Positions 10,632 through 18,993 are shown, counted from the stretch's first letter. The stretch is 20,000 nucleotides of DNA from an uncultured virus (IMG/VR IMGVR_UViG_3300001518_000034) (IMGVR_UViG_3300001518_000034); one strand, 5' to 3'. The notes: generated by a model from the letters alone, not told the origin. A program made the numbers and translations.

Positions 10632-12198
10632 AGAAACTAATAATTCTTGGAATAATATGTGGAAGGTTGATAATAATACTAATAATGAACTTCCATTTGG
10701 AGTTTCATTCAAACAAACGTCTCAAAATAATCAACCAAAAACAATTAAATCGTCTCAAAATAATCAACCAAAAACAATTGAATATGATCAGGCAGCAATG
10801 CAAAAAATGATTAATAAAGATATTTTTGGTAAAGATAATATAAATGGTTTAATGGATCGAAATGGTTATTTACAATCAGACGTAGAAATTAAAGGTAATT
10901 CATTTGCAAGTAAACATGCATATGATTCAAAATTAGATTTTATACTTCCTCAATATGGGGTTGCTGATTTTATTAATGAACGTGCATTATGGCAAAAAGG
11001 AGTACATAATATAAGTGGTGAACCTGGTTGGTTTTATTTTAAGATATTTTTTAATTTTAAAGATCAAAAAGGGTTATTTGGTGGTATAATGACAGATGAA
11101 ATACCTACAACATCCGCTATAAGATATTTATATGGAATTCGTGAATTTTATAAACAATCAAAAATAAAAGATAGAATATTAGCATTGACTAGATTTACAT
11201 ATACTCTTTCATTTATAAATTCAGTAAGCCCATGGTTTTTTATAGGTATTAATAACGCTAATAAATTAAATTCATTAGATTTAAAAGAATTAACTAAAGA
11301 AAAATACATTGATATTATTTGTAATGGTGAATCAATTGATATGCGTCTTAATACTTTATTAGATATGTATCGATATGCATGTTATGATGAAATTAATCAA
11401 AAAGAAATTATTCCTGAAAATTTGAGAAAATTTGATATGTCTATTGTTATAATGAATGCACCTATAAAATATTTTCAAACAGCAATAATGACTTCTGACA
11501 AACTAAACAAAATGGGTCAAGTTGGTCATAATTCAACAATATTAAATAAAGTAATATCTGGCATTAATAAAATTGCAGGAATGGTAGCAGGTTCATCAAC
11601 TAATATGTTTGATTTTAAAAATATTAATGGTGATAATAATAATATTGACAATATGTTATCATTTCAAATGTATACTTTAAAAAATTGTGAAATTGATCCT
11701 ATATCATTCGAAAGTTATGTTCCAAGTAATTTAAATAATTCTCAATTTAATAAACAAGGATTAGGATATATTAAAGTTAAATATGATAGATGTTATAAAC
11801 ATACATTTAATGAATGGTCTCAAATGTTTTATGGAACAACAGGTATATTATATGATATGAATACTGATGAATTAATAAAAAATCATCAAAATTTAGTAAG
11901 CGCTGCTTTAAGTGGTCAAACATATAATACTAAATTTAATAGTAATACAAATAATCAACGTATTGCAGCTATACAACAATCAATTTATAATTCGTTTTTT
12001 GATAAAGATACAGAAGCATATAAAGGTTTAATAGATTTTTCAGAAGCTGTTATTCAAGATAGTTTAATTAATGTTAAAGATCCAAATTATTTAGGAAATA
12101 TTGCTGAAAATTATGATCAAACTAATTGGGAAGACAGATGGTATAAAGCAAAAAATAAAGTTACTCATTTCTTTAAAAATCCGTTAGATATATTCTAA
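10618..12198 (+). CDS. Putative structural protein with a possible tail-tube-like (gp19/gp48/gp54-type) fold
   Basis: 526 aa, last gene of the operon. Segments ESIDMRLNTLLDMYRYACYD, PENLRKFDMSIVIM, YTLKNCEIDP and IKVKYD are reminiscent of tube-fold proteins. The fold assignment is tentative. Confidence 0.45.
   Translation: MTESKETNNSWNNMWKVDNNTNNELPFGVSFKQTSQNNQPKTIKSSQNNQPKTIEYDQAAMQKMINKDIFGKDNINGLMDRNGYLQSDVEIKGNSFASKHAYDSKLDFILPQYGVADFINERALWQKGVHNISGEPGWFYFKIFFNFKDQKGLFGGIMTDEIPTTSAIRYLYGIREFYKQSKIKDRILALTRFTYTLSFINSVSPWFFIGINNANKLNSLDLKELTKEKYIDIICNGESIDMRLNTLLDMYRYACYDEINQKEIIPENLRKFDMSIVIMNAPIKYFQTAIMTSDKLNKMGQVGHNSTILNKVISGINKIAGMVAGSSTNMFDFKNINGDNNNIDNMLSFQMYTLKNCEIDPISFESYVPSNLNNSQFNKQGLGYIKVKYDRCYKHTFNEWSQMFYGTTGILYDMNTDELIKNHQNLVSAALSGQTYNTKFNSNTNNQRIAAIQQSIYNSFFDKDTEAYKGLIDFSEAVIQDSLINVKDPNYLGNIAENYDQTNWEDRWYKAKNKVTHFFKNPLDIF
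10718..10779 (+). repeat. In-frame tandem duplication, 33-bp period
   Basis: cgtctcaaaataatcaaccaaaaacaatt is identical at 10718-10746 and 10751-10779 and encodes SQNNQPKTI twice. Confidence 0.95.
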
Positions 12199-12201
12199 TA
12201 T

Positions 12202-12233
12202 AAAACAGGTAGTTCTCGAGAACTACCTGTTTT
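12202..12233. terminator. Bidirectional intrinsic terminator (perfect 32-bp palindrome)
   Basis: aaaacaggtagttctc|gagaactacctgtttt lies between convergent stops at 12198 and 12236, with T-tracts on both strands. Confidence 0.9.
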
Positions 12234-12235
12234 GT

Positions 12236-12532
12236 TTAGTTAAATTTTGGTAAACTAATTTTTGGTAATGTAGGTTGTTGATAATTTTTCATCATATTAT
12301 TCATATTAGGCATACCTTTTTTCATTGAATCATATTGTTTTTGTTCTTCTTTAGAACGTTTTTCTTGTTCTTTATTTTCTTCATTAATATATTCAATCAT
12401 CCATTCAAACTCATAATATGGAAGTCTGTCTATTTCAGATGGTTGTATATGCCAATCCCTACATATATATAATTTACTTTTTGCCAAATTTCTTAAATTT
12501 ACTCTTAATAGCGAATAAAGAGCTTGGTCCAT
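12236..12532 (-). CDS. Small baseplate/tail assembly protein, gp51-like (gpT-like chaperone segment)
   Basis: WHIQPSEIDRLPYYEFEWMIEYINEENKEQEK fits the 'SEI-x-x-(M/L)P-x-(W/Y)E...E...E' pattern of the small genes that follow gp26-like genes. It overlaps the upstream gene by 59 nt and its start is uncertain. Confidence 0.7.
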   Translation of the reverse strand: MDQALYSLLRVNLRNLAKSKLYICRDWHIQPSEIDRLPYYEFEWMIEYINEENKEQEKRSKEEQKQYDSMKKGMPNMNNMMKNYQQPTLPKISLPKFN

Positions 12533-13562
12533 TGGGAAATCGGATAAGTGAAGTTACCTCCTCACCACAAGTTGGACATTTTTTAATAAGCTTAGTACCT
12601 GGAGTTACCATTACATTTGTTATAACATCATTCATAAAATTAAATGTATCAATATCCCAAGATTCAAACTTACGCTTAAACTCTTTAATTTGACGTTGAG
12701 CAATTGTATCATCTTTAGAAATCTTTGGTACAAACCAAGGTAAGAATCTAATAAGTACAGGATCAATATCTTTATTAGGATTTTCTTGATAACGGTTAAT
12801 AGCCCATTGTTTAACATTAATATCCTTTTCAAGTGTTGGTAAATATAATCTAATTGGTTCCATGTCTAATCCATATTCTGTTGGATCAATTACCCAATTA
12901 CGAGTTGCTTTATCAAACATAGGCATAATTTCTTCATCTGGGAATTCAAATAATAATGCATCTGATGTAAGTTTAAATTGTACTGGATTATCACAATTTA
13001 TACAATCTTCAGTATATTCTATTGCACTTTCACCTTTTACAAATGTATATTCTCTAATCAAAAGAATAAACCAGAATCTATCCCATGCATTAATGTTATA
13101 CCAAGGAATTGGTCCATTAGCAGTAATAATAGCAAAACATGACTTAAGTACTTCATTAAATACTCTATCAACAGAATTCATATTTTCATCATCAATTGTT
13201 GACCAATTACGAATTGCTTCTACAGTAGCAGGACGAATTCTAAATTGCCAATCATCAGGATAGAATGTTGCACGTTCTCCCATAAGTGCTTTATCTACAT
13301 CCATCCATCCATCACGAATATCAGCATTTACTTGTATTGATTGACCTAATCTTGACGCTCCTTTATTTCCAAAATCTTCAAATTCTGAATCATCAATTCT
13401 TTTCATCATTGAACCAACATTAATCTTCTTTCCTATCATTGATTGTTCTTTAACAGGTTCTTTAGTTTCAGATATAGTAGGTACTTTACCAGCATCAGAT
13501 TCATCAACTTCAGGAATTTGACCAGCTAATTGTTGTTCAATATCATTTTCATTATAATCCAT
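12474..13562 (-). CDS. Baseplate hub assembly chaperone, T4 gp26-like
   Basis: FRIRPATV, WDRFWFILLIREYTF, two CxxC pairs (CINC, CPTC), IRLYLPT and C-terminal KCPTCGEEVTSLIRF give the gp26-family layout. Confidence 0.75.
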   Translation of the reverse strand: MDYNENDIEQQLAGQIPEVDESDAGKVPTISETKEPVKEQSMIGKKINVGSMMKRIDDSEFEDFGNKGASRLGQSIQVNADIRDGWMDVDKALMGERATFYPDDWQFRIRPATVEAIRNWSTIDDENMNSVDRVFNEVLKSCFAIITANGPIPWYNINAWDRFWFILLIREYTFVKGESAIEYTEDCINCDNPVQFKLTSDALLFEFPDEEIMPMFDKATRNWVIDPTEYGLDMEPIRLYLPTLEKDINVKQWAINRYQENPNKDIDPVLIRFLPWFVPKISKDDTIAQRQIKEFKRKFESWDIDTFNFMNDVITNVMVTPGTKLIKKCPTCGEEVTSLIRFPNGPSSLFAIKSKFKKFGKK

Positions 13563-13786
13563 ATATAACTTTATATATTTTTGTATGTTTTTCTATAAAT
13601 AATAATATAAAATTATTTTTTTAGCACAATAGTTTTTAGAATATTTTTATATCTAAAATCAATTTTAAATAATATTTTTTAACATTTATTTTAAAATAGA
13701 AATATTTTTGTAAAAATTATTTAAAATTTAAATAAATTATTTATGATATACTATTTTATTTTATAAATATATTTATGAGTAAATAA
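13563..13786. promoter_or_regulatory. Divergent, extremely AT-rich intergenic region (probable back-to-back promoters)
   Basis: 224-nt non-coding gap between divergent starts at 13562 (-) and 13787 (+). Contains ACTATTTTA at 13750. Confidence 0.6.
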
Positions 13787-14344
13787 ATGTATATTGATTC
13801 GTTAGTATCAATGAATATATTTCATGAAAAACAACAACATATAATAAATAAAATACCTTTATTATACTATTGGAATGGTGAAGGTGATTTGTTAAAAAAT
13901 ATTTTAAATGATAAAAAATTTAAAAATACTTATTTAGATAAAATTAATTTAGATACATATAAATATTTGCAATTAGCATATTTCTATTTTAAATATGATG
14001 AAAATGATAATGAACAATATGTTGAAAACATTATAAAATTTTTTGATTATATTAGTTTATCTGAATTTGATTCAAAAAATATAGTTTATGAATTAATTGT
14101 AAAATATATGTTTGAATTATATAAAATATCAATGAAATTAGATTATAAAGATACTAAAGTTTATAATGAAGAAATTATTATTGATATTTATAAACAAATT
14201 AAAGATAAATATAAAGAAAAATTAAATCGAATAACATTTTTAAATTGGATTCGAAATGAATTAATTACTAAAGAACAATTAAATAATAACAATACTAACT
14301 ATATTATAGAACAATTAAATAATATAATTGAACTAGTAAATTAA
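13787..14344 (+). CDS. Hypothetical protein (185 aa, helical-looking)
   Basis: ORF with typical codon usage. No recognisable motif. Confidence 0.6.
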   Translation: MYIDSLVSMNIFHEKQQHIINKIPLLYYWNGEGDLLKNILNDKKFKNTYLDKINLDTYKYLQLAYFYFKYDENDNEQYVENIIKFFDYISLSEFDSKNIVYELIVKYMFELYKISMKLDYKDTKVYNEEIIIDIYKQIKDKYKEKLNRITFLNWIRNELITKEQLNNNNTNYIIEQLNNIIELVN

Positions 14345-14355
14345 ATGAATGATTA

Positions 14356-14784
14356 ATGGAATATAATTTAGAATTTAAGATGCCTTATATTAATTGTGAT
14401 AATTATAAGGAAAAAGATTTAAGAAGTCTAATAGCTGTTGTGACAGGTGCAAGAGTTAATGAAATGATTGATGGTTATACATATGGAAATATTAAATTTA
14501 GTGATGATGATAAACAACATAAATATCCAATTGTAACTGAATTAGATAATTTTGCTCGATCAAAAACAAATTGCATTATCTTTAATGTTAACAAAAAATT
14601 TCAAAAAAAATATAAGAAAATATTTGTTTATCAAACATTAAATAGAGAAAATCCATATTATGGCATTGTTGGACTTGAAGTAGAAAATGATAATCCTGTA
14701 CATATTTATTTTATTGAATTAAATTATAGTGTATTAGTAATTAATATATATAGAATGATATTACAAAATAATATAATTAAATAG
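14356..14784 (+). CDS. Hypothetical protein (142 aa)
   Basis: Ends in TAG, the only non-TAA stop among the complete genes called here, 2 nt before the next ATG. Confidence 0.6.
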   Translation: MEYNLEFKMPYINCDNYKEKDLRSLIAVVTGARVNEMIDGYTYGNIKFSDDDKQHKYPIVTELDNFARSKTNCIIFNVNKKFQKKYKKIFVYQTLNRENPYYGIVGLEVENDNPVHIYFIELNYSVLVINIYRMILQNNIIK

Positions 14785-14786
14785 TT

Positions 14787-15047
14787 ATGGCAGCAGATGC
14801 AGCAGGTGGAGGAGCAGGAGGCGGAGGAGCAGCCGCTTTTGATGGAAAATTAAAAGAATGGCCTGAAGAAGGTATAATAAATGTATGTAATGTTCCTACT
14901 GAGCAAAAAGCATTTATAAGATATTTTGCTTGTGAATGGATGAAAAATCAACCATATGGAAATACTAGATCATTAGCACAACAAGCTATTCAAAGTGCTC
15001 AAACATTATATAGTGAATTATTATTAAAAGGATATATGAAAATGTAA
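14787..15047 (+). CDS. Small hypothetical protein with Gly/Ala-rich N-terminus (86 aa)
   Basis: MAADAAGGGAGGGGAAAF followed by a compact domain. Coupled to the upstream gene. Confidence 0.7.
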   Translation: MAADAAGGGAGGGGAAAFDGKLKEWPEEGIINVCNVPTEQKAFIRYFACEWMKNQPYGNTRSLAQQAIQSAQTLYSELLLKGYMKM

Positions 15048-15050
15048 ATA

Positions 15051-15073
15051 AAAGTTTATTTTTAATAAACTTT
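15051..15073. other. AT-rich inverted repeat (weak terminator or operator)
   Basis: aaagtttatt-ttt-aataaacttt has perfect 10-bp arms and sits in the 40-nt gap before the lipoprotein genes. Confidence 0.4.
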
Positions 15074-15087
15074 ATATAAAGAGTAAT

Positions 15088-15516
15088 ATGAAGAAATATA
15101 TTTTATCTTTTTTTATTATGATTATATGTGTATTTTCTATGATATCTTGTATATCTATGGAAGATGTTGCATATCATGATGAATATGTTATAGGTACAAC
15201 TTCATATCCTGTTTATTATATCAATTCTTATCCATATTATTGGTTTGACAATACATGGATTATGATACCAAGACACAGATATGTTTATATTAGACATATT
15301 GATAGACCTAGACATATACATGCCTATAGACCAAATCCACATCATTATTATAATCATTCAAGATTATATGATAAGCATTATTACGGACCTAATAATTATA
15401 CAGGACGTAGACCTAATACTGGTGGACCTCACACTCTACAACCTAATAGGAGAAGTTCTGTTAATTATTTAAATCGTAATGATAATAGACAAGGTCATTT
15501 TGGTAGTAGAAGATAA
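15088..15516 (+). CDS. Predicted lipoprotein with Tyr-rich core and His/Arg/Pro-rich tail
   Basis: MKK + hydrophobic stretch + lipobox-like MIS-C21. Basic low-complexity C-terminus ending GHFGSRR. Confidence 0.7.
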   Translation: MKKYILSFFIMIICVFSMISCISMEDVAYHDEYVIGTTSYPVYYINSYPYYWFDNTWIMIPRHRYVYIRHIDRPRHIHAYRPNPHHYYNHSRLYDKHYYGPNNYTGRRPNTGGPHTLQPNRRSSVNYLNRNDNRQGHFGSRR

Positions 15517-15569
15517 TTTATTTTATTTTATTAACAATTTAAAAATATTAACTTAAAACTTAGAAAATT

Positions 15570-15755
15570 ATGAAAAAGACAATTTTTAGTGTTATGTTCG
15601 CAATGATTCTTGGCAGTGCATTTGTTTCTTGCGGAAGTAAGGGTGCAACTGTTGAAGGAGCTGGAGTTGATAGTACTTTAGTTGATTCTGTTGATACAGT
15701 ATTAGTTGACACAATTGGTGTAGCTATGACAACAGATTCAGTTTGCGCAGAATAA
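15570..15755 (+). CDS. Small Bacteroidota-type lipoprotein (61 aa)
   Basis: MKKTIFSVMFAMILGSAFVS-C21-GSK signal peptidase II-type leader. Acidic mature part with repeated D-S/T-hydrophobic motifs, followed by a terminator. Confidence 0.8.
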   Translation: MKKTIFSVMFAMILGSAFVSCGSKGATVEGAGVDSTLVDSVDTVLVDTIGVAMTTDSVCAE

Positions 15756-15799
15756 TCGTATTAAATCAGTAGTATTTAATTAACTTAAATGTGAGTGTA

Positions 15800-15833
15800 A
15801 TGCTAGAAATCTTGGATTTCTAGCATATTTTTT
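15800..15833 (+). terminator. Intrinsic terminator
   Basis: atgctagaaatc-ttg-gatttctagcat (12-bp perfect stem) followed by atttttt. Confidence 0.85.
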
Positions 15834-15852
15834 ATATATTTAATATTTATTA

Positions 15853-15861
15853 ACTATATTA
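15853..15861 (+). promoter_or_regulatory. Candidate phage promoter motif ACTATATTA
   Basis: Starts 38 nt before the ATG at 15891. Same motif and spacing as at 17022. Confidence 0.5.
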
Positions 15862-15890
15862 TAAATTATAAATATATAGTAGATATTGCA

Positions 15891-16979
15891 ATGTCGAAAC
15901 AATCAAAAGTTACATTAATAGTTGATGGTAACTGGCTATTAATGTCACGATTATCAGTTTTAACAAATCAATACAATTCGGATGAAGAAACTTGTAAAGA
16001 ACTTCAGTTATTAATGTTAAAATCAATTAATCGAGTATTAAATACATTCCAATCAATAGATAATATTATATTTATTGCAGATGGTGGTTCTTGGAGAAAT
16101 AAAATTGACATTCCACAATTTTTATATGAAGAACATAAAGATGATGAATCTATAGAATATAAAGGTCAACGACATTTAGATGAAAGTATAATTAATTGGG
16201 AAACAGTTTTTAAATATTATGAAGAATTTATTGATTTACTAGAAAATAATGGAATAACAACATGTCGTAAACAAAATATTGAAGGTGATGATTGGTGTTG
16301 GTATTGGTCAACAAAACTTAATGATGAAGGAACAAATGTCATTATTTGGTCAATGGATAAAGATTTAACACAATTAGTAAACACAAATGATCAAAATGGT
16401 ATATTTACAATTTGTTGGAATAATAAAACAGGATTAACATGTGAAAAAAAGGAAAACCAAGAAGAAGATCCTTTACAATTTTTCTTTAATGATTTGAGTA
16501 AAGAATATAATACTCGCCTTTTTGAATCAATTGCTGATAAATGTAAAAATATTAATGAAATTGTTCCTAAAGAAATTGTTATAGATAAAATCATTAGAGG
16601 AGATAAAGGAGATAATATATTTCCAATTATTGTCAAAAAATCTAATAATACTGAATCTACAAAAACCTTTAGAGTAAGTGTTAAGGATATAGATTATAAT
16701 CTTAATTTGAATAATGACAATGAAATTAAAAATTATATTCATAACGTCGTTAATTCTAAAAAATATATTAATAAAGTTAAAAAATCTGAAGAAAATATTT
16801 TTGAACATTTTAAATATAATTATCAATTAGTGTCATTAAGTAAAGACAATTATCCACAAGAAATATTGGATGATATGAATAGTTATATGGGATATCATGT
16901 TAACAATAATATATCTGAAGTATTAAGTTATTTGACAGCAAGAAATAATAATCTAACAGGTATATTAGATACAATATAA
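15891..16979 (+). CDS. rnh: T4 RNase H-like 5'-3' exonuclease / flap endonuclease
   Basis: FEN-family acidic motifs in order: LIVDGN, IADGGSWR, YKGQR, EGDD, SMDKDLTQLV, IIRGDKGDNIFP. Confidence 0.92.
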   Translation: MSKQSKVTLIVDGNWLLMSRLSVLTNQYNSDEETCKELQLLMLKSINRVLNTFQSIDNIIFIADGGSWRNKIDIPQFLYEEHKDDESIEYKGQRHLDESIINWETVFKYYEEFIDLLENNGITTCRKQNIEGDDWCWYWSTKLNDEGTNVIIWSMDKDLTQLVNTNDQNGIFTICWNNKTGLTCEKKENQEEDPLQFFFNDLSKEYNTRLFESIADKCKNINEIVPKEIVIDKIIRGDKGDNIFPIIVKKSNNTESTKTFRVSVKDIDYNLNLNNDNEIKNYIHNVVNSKKYINKVKKSEENIFEHFKYNYQLVSLSKDNYPQEILDDMNSYMGYHVNNNISEVLSYLTARNNNLTGILDTI

Positions 16980-17009
16980 ATTAAGGAGGCTTTGGCCTCC
17001 TTTAATTTT
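16978..17009 (+). terminator. Intrinsic terminator
   Basis: aaggaggc-tttg-gcctcctt stem followed by taatttt, immediately after the exonuclease stop. Confidence 0.85.
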
Positions 17010-17021
17010 GAGAATAAATTA

Positions 17022-17030
17022 ACTATATTA
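17022..17030 (+). promoter_or_regulatory. Candidate phage promoter motif ACTATATTA
   Basis: Starts 38 nt before the topoisomerase ATG at 17060, just after a terminator. Confidence 0.5.
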
Positions 17031-17059
17031 ATTATATTGAATTAATTTGAATAATTTAT

Positions 17060-18952
17060 ATGGCAAAAAAGATTGAAGAAAAATATCAAGAGTTATCAGA
17101 AATTCAACATATTTTGAATCGTCCTGGAATGTGGGTTGGTTCAATTAAGTCTGAAGAAAAAGATTCATTTATATATAATATAAAAACGGGTAAATTTGAA
17201 ATGAAAATTACTAATTATATTCCTGCAATGTTAAAAGTTGTAGATGAAGTTGTTAGTAATAGCTGTGACGAATTTAGACGTAAAGACAATATGGGTCTTA
17301 CAGAATTAAAAGTAACTATCAATAAAGATAATAATGAAATTATTGTAAGAGATAATGGAGGTATTCCTATTGTCAAGCATAAAGAAGCAGGAGTATATGT
17401 TCCTGAATTTATATTTGGTAGATTACGTACATCTTCAAATTATGATGATACAGAAGATAGACAAGTTATTGGAACTAATGGAGTCGGCTCAGCTCTCTGT
17501 AATGTGTTTTCAACTTATTTTGAAATTGAGTCAGCTGATGGAAAGAATGAGTTTCACCGATCATGGTCAAATAATATGGAAAAACTCAATAATGATCTTA
17601 AAGTAAAAAAATGTGGAAAGAAAACTCACTATACACAAACAAAATTTACTTTAGATTTTTCCAGATTTGATACTGATTTAAAAACTTTTGATGATGATTT
17701 TATTAATATAATTCATAAAAGATGTATTGATGCAGCAGCTGCTAATCCTGGATTAAAAGTTATATTTAATTGTGGTAAAGAAGATATTGAATGGAAATTT
17801 AAGAAATTAGATGAGTATATTGATCTTTATTCTAATTTATTAAATATTTCAGATAAGATTCCATTTGAAAATGATTTATGTACCGCTTGGATATTTCCAG
17901 ATAGTTCTGTAGATGTAGGTTTTGTCAATGGTGCAGAATGTTCAAAAGGAACACACATGCGTGCATTACGTAATGAAATTAACCAAGCTATTGTAGATTA
18001 TATATCCAAAAAAGATAAGATTAAGGATTTGACAACAAGAGGAGTAGATAATAAATATAGTGTGTTCATAAATATTAATGTATCAAATCCTGCATATGAC
18101 TCACAAACAAAAGATACTTTAACAACTCCAATTGATAAGTTTTCTAAAGATGAGAAACTAAAATGGAGTGTTAATGATAAATTTTTAAATAAGATTATTA
18201 AGTCAGAAATTATTGAATTAGTTCGAGATTGGTATAAACAAAAATCTGCAGCAGAAGATGAAAAGGCATTAAGAAAGATTAATAGAGAGACTAATAAAGG
18301 ATTAAATAGACCAGATAAATATATTACATGTTCATCAAAGAAAAAATCAGAACGTCAATTATGGATTTTCGAAGGAGATTCAGCTAAGTCGGGCTTCCGT
18401 GGAGGACGTAATCCAGATATTCAAGCAGGATATACCATGAGAGGTGTTCCACCTAATTGTTATGGACAAACCCCAATACAAATAATGAAGAATGAAGTAT
18501 TTAATGATATTGTAACTATTCTTGGTTTGAAATGGGGTAAAGAATTTAATATTGATGATTTGAATTTTGGTAAAATTGTAATATCCACTGATGCTGATGT
18601 AGATGGTGATAAAATTGCTGCATTACTTTTATTATTCTTTAACAATTGGCCTGAATTGATTGAAAAGGGGATTGTATGTAGAAGTATGTCGCCAATCATT
18701 ATTTCAAGAAAAGGAAAAGATTGCAAAAAGTTCTACTCAATGGATGAGTTCAAAGAAGCTGAAAAGAAACTTAAAGGATATTCACATAAATATGCAAAAG
18801 GTCTTGGTGGTTTGAATAATCAAGAATCAAAAGAAATGTATCAAGATCCTAAGTTCTTATTCTTTAAGAAAGATGAAGCTGCTGATAGTATGTTTAGAAA
18901 ATGGTTTGCAAAAGGAGATTCAGAAACACGTAAACAAATGTTAAATTCATAA
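17060..18952 (+). CDS. DNA topoisomerase II large subunit (GHKL ATPase + TOPRIM; equivalent to fused T4 gp39+gp60, GyrB/ParE-like)
   Basis: HILNRPGMWVGS, DEVVSNSCDE, VRDNGGIP, TSSNYDD, GTNGVGSALCN, GFVNG, EGDSA, TDADVDG, KGLG, and a gp60-like end (WFAKGDSETRKQML). Confidence 0.95.
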   Translation: MAKKIEEKYQELSEIQHILNRPGMWVGSIKSEEKDSFIYNIKTGKFEMKITNYIPAMLKVVDEVVSNSCDEFRRKDNMGLTELKVTINKDNNEIIVRDNGGIPIVKHKEAGVYVPEFIFGRLRTSSNYDDTEDRQVIGTNGVGSALCNVFSTYFEIESADGKNEFHRSWSNNMEKLNNDLKVKKCGKKTHYTQTKFTLDFSRFDTDLKTFDDDFINIIHKRCIDAAAANPGLKVIFNCGKEDIEWKFKKLDEYIDLYSNLLNISDKIPFENDLCTAWIFPDSSVDVGFVNGAECSKGTHMRALRNEINQAIVDYISKKDKIKDLTTRGVDNKYSVFININVSNPAYDSQTKDTLTTPIDKFSKDEKLKWSVNDKFLNKIIKSEIIELVRDWYKQKSAAEDEKALRKINRETNKGLNRPDKYITCSSKKKSERQLWIFEGDSAKSGFRGGRNPDIQAGYTMRGVPPNCYGQTPIQIMKNEVFNDIVTILGLKWGKEFNIDDLNFGKIVISTDADVDGDKIAALLLLFFNNWPELIEKGIVCRSMSPIIISRKGKDCKKFYSMDEFKEAEKKLKGYSHKYAKGLGGLNNQESKEMYQDPKFLFFKKDEAADSMFRKWFAKGDSETRKQMLNS

Positions 18953-18993
18953 ACGAATTTATTATTTATAATAAATAAAATACAATTTAAATT

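Noticed and set aside
12474..12485. -1 frameshift at GGC AAA AAG at the end of the gp26-like gene
   Set aside because: It is not a full X XXY YYZ heptamer, and the -1 frame closes soon after. The gp51-like ORF is in the +1 frame.
13594..13769. T4 late promoter TATAAATA matches (13594, 13762)
   Set aside because: An all-A/T octamer is expected by chance in this AT-rich gap, and the matches face away from the adjacent baseplate assembly gene.
14782..14853. TAG-to-Gln readthrough (genetic code 15)
   Set aside because: The only TAG stop lies 2 nt before the next gene's ATG, and readthrough would just run out of frame over that gene. No long ORF is broken by TAG.
15088..15755. Spanin pair / lysis cassette
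   Set aside because: Both genes look like lipoproteins. There is no inner-membrane coiled-coil i-spanin, and no holin or endolysin nearby.
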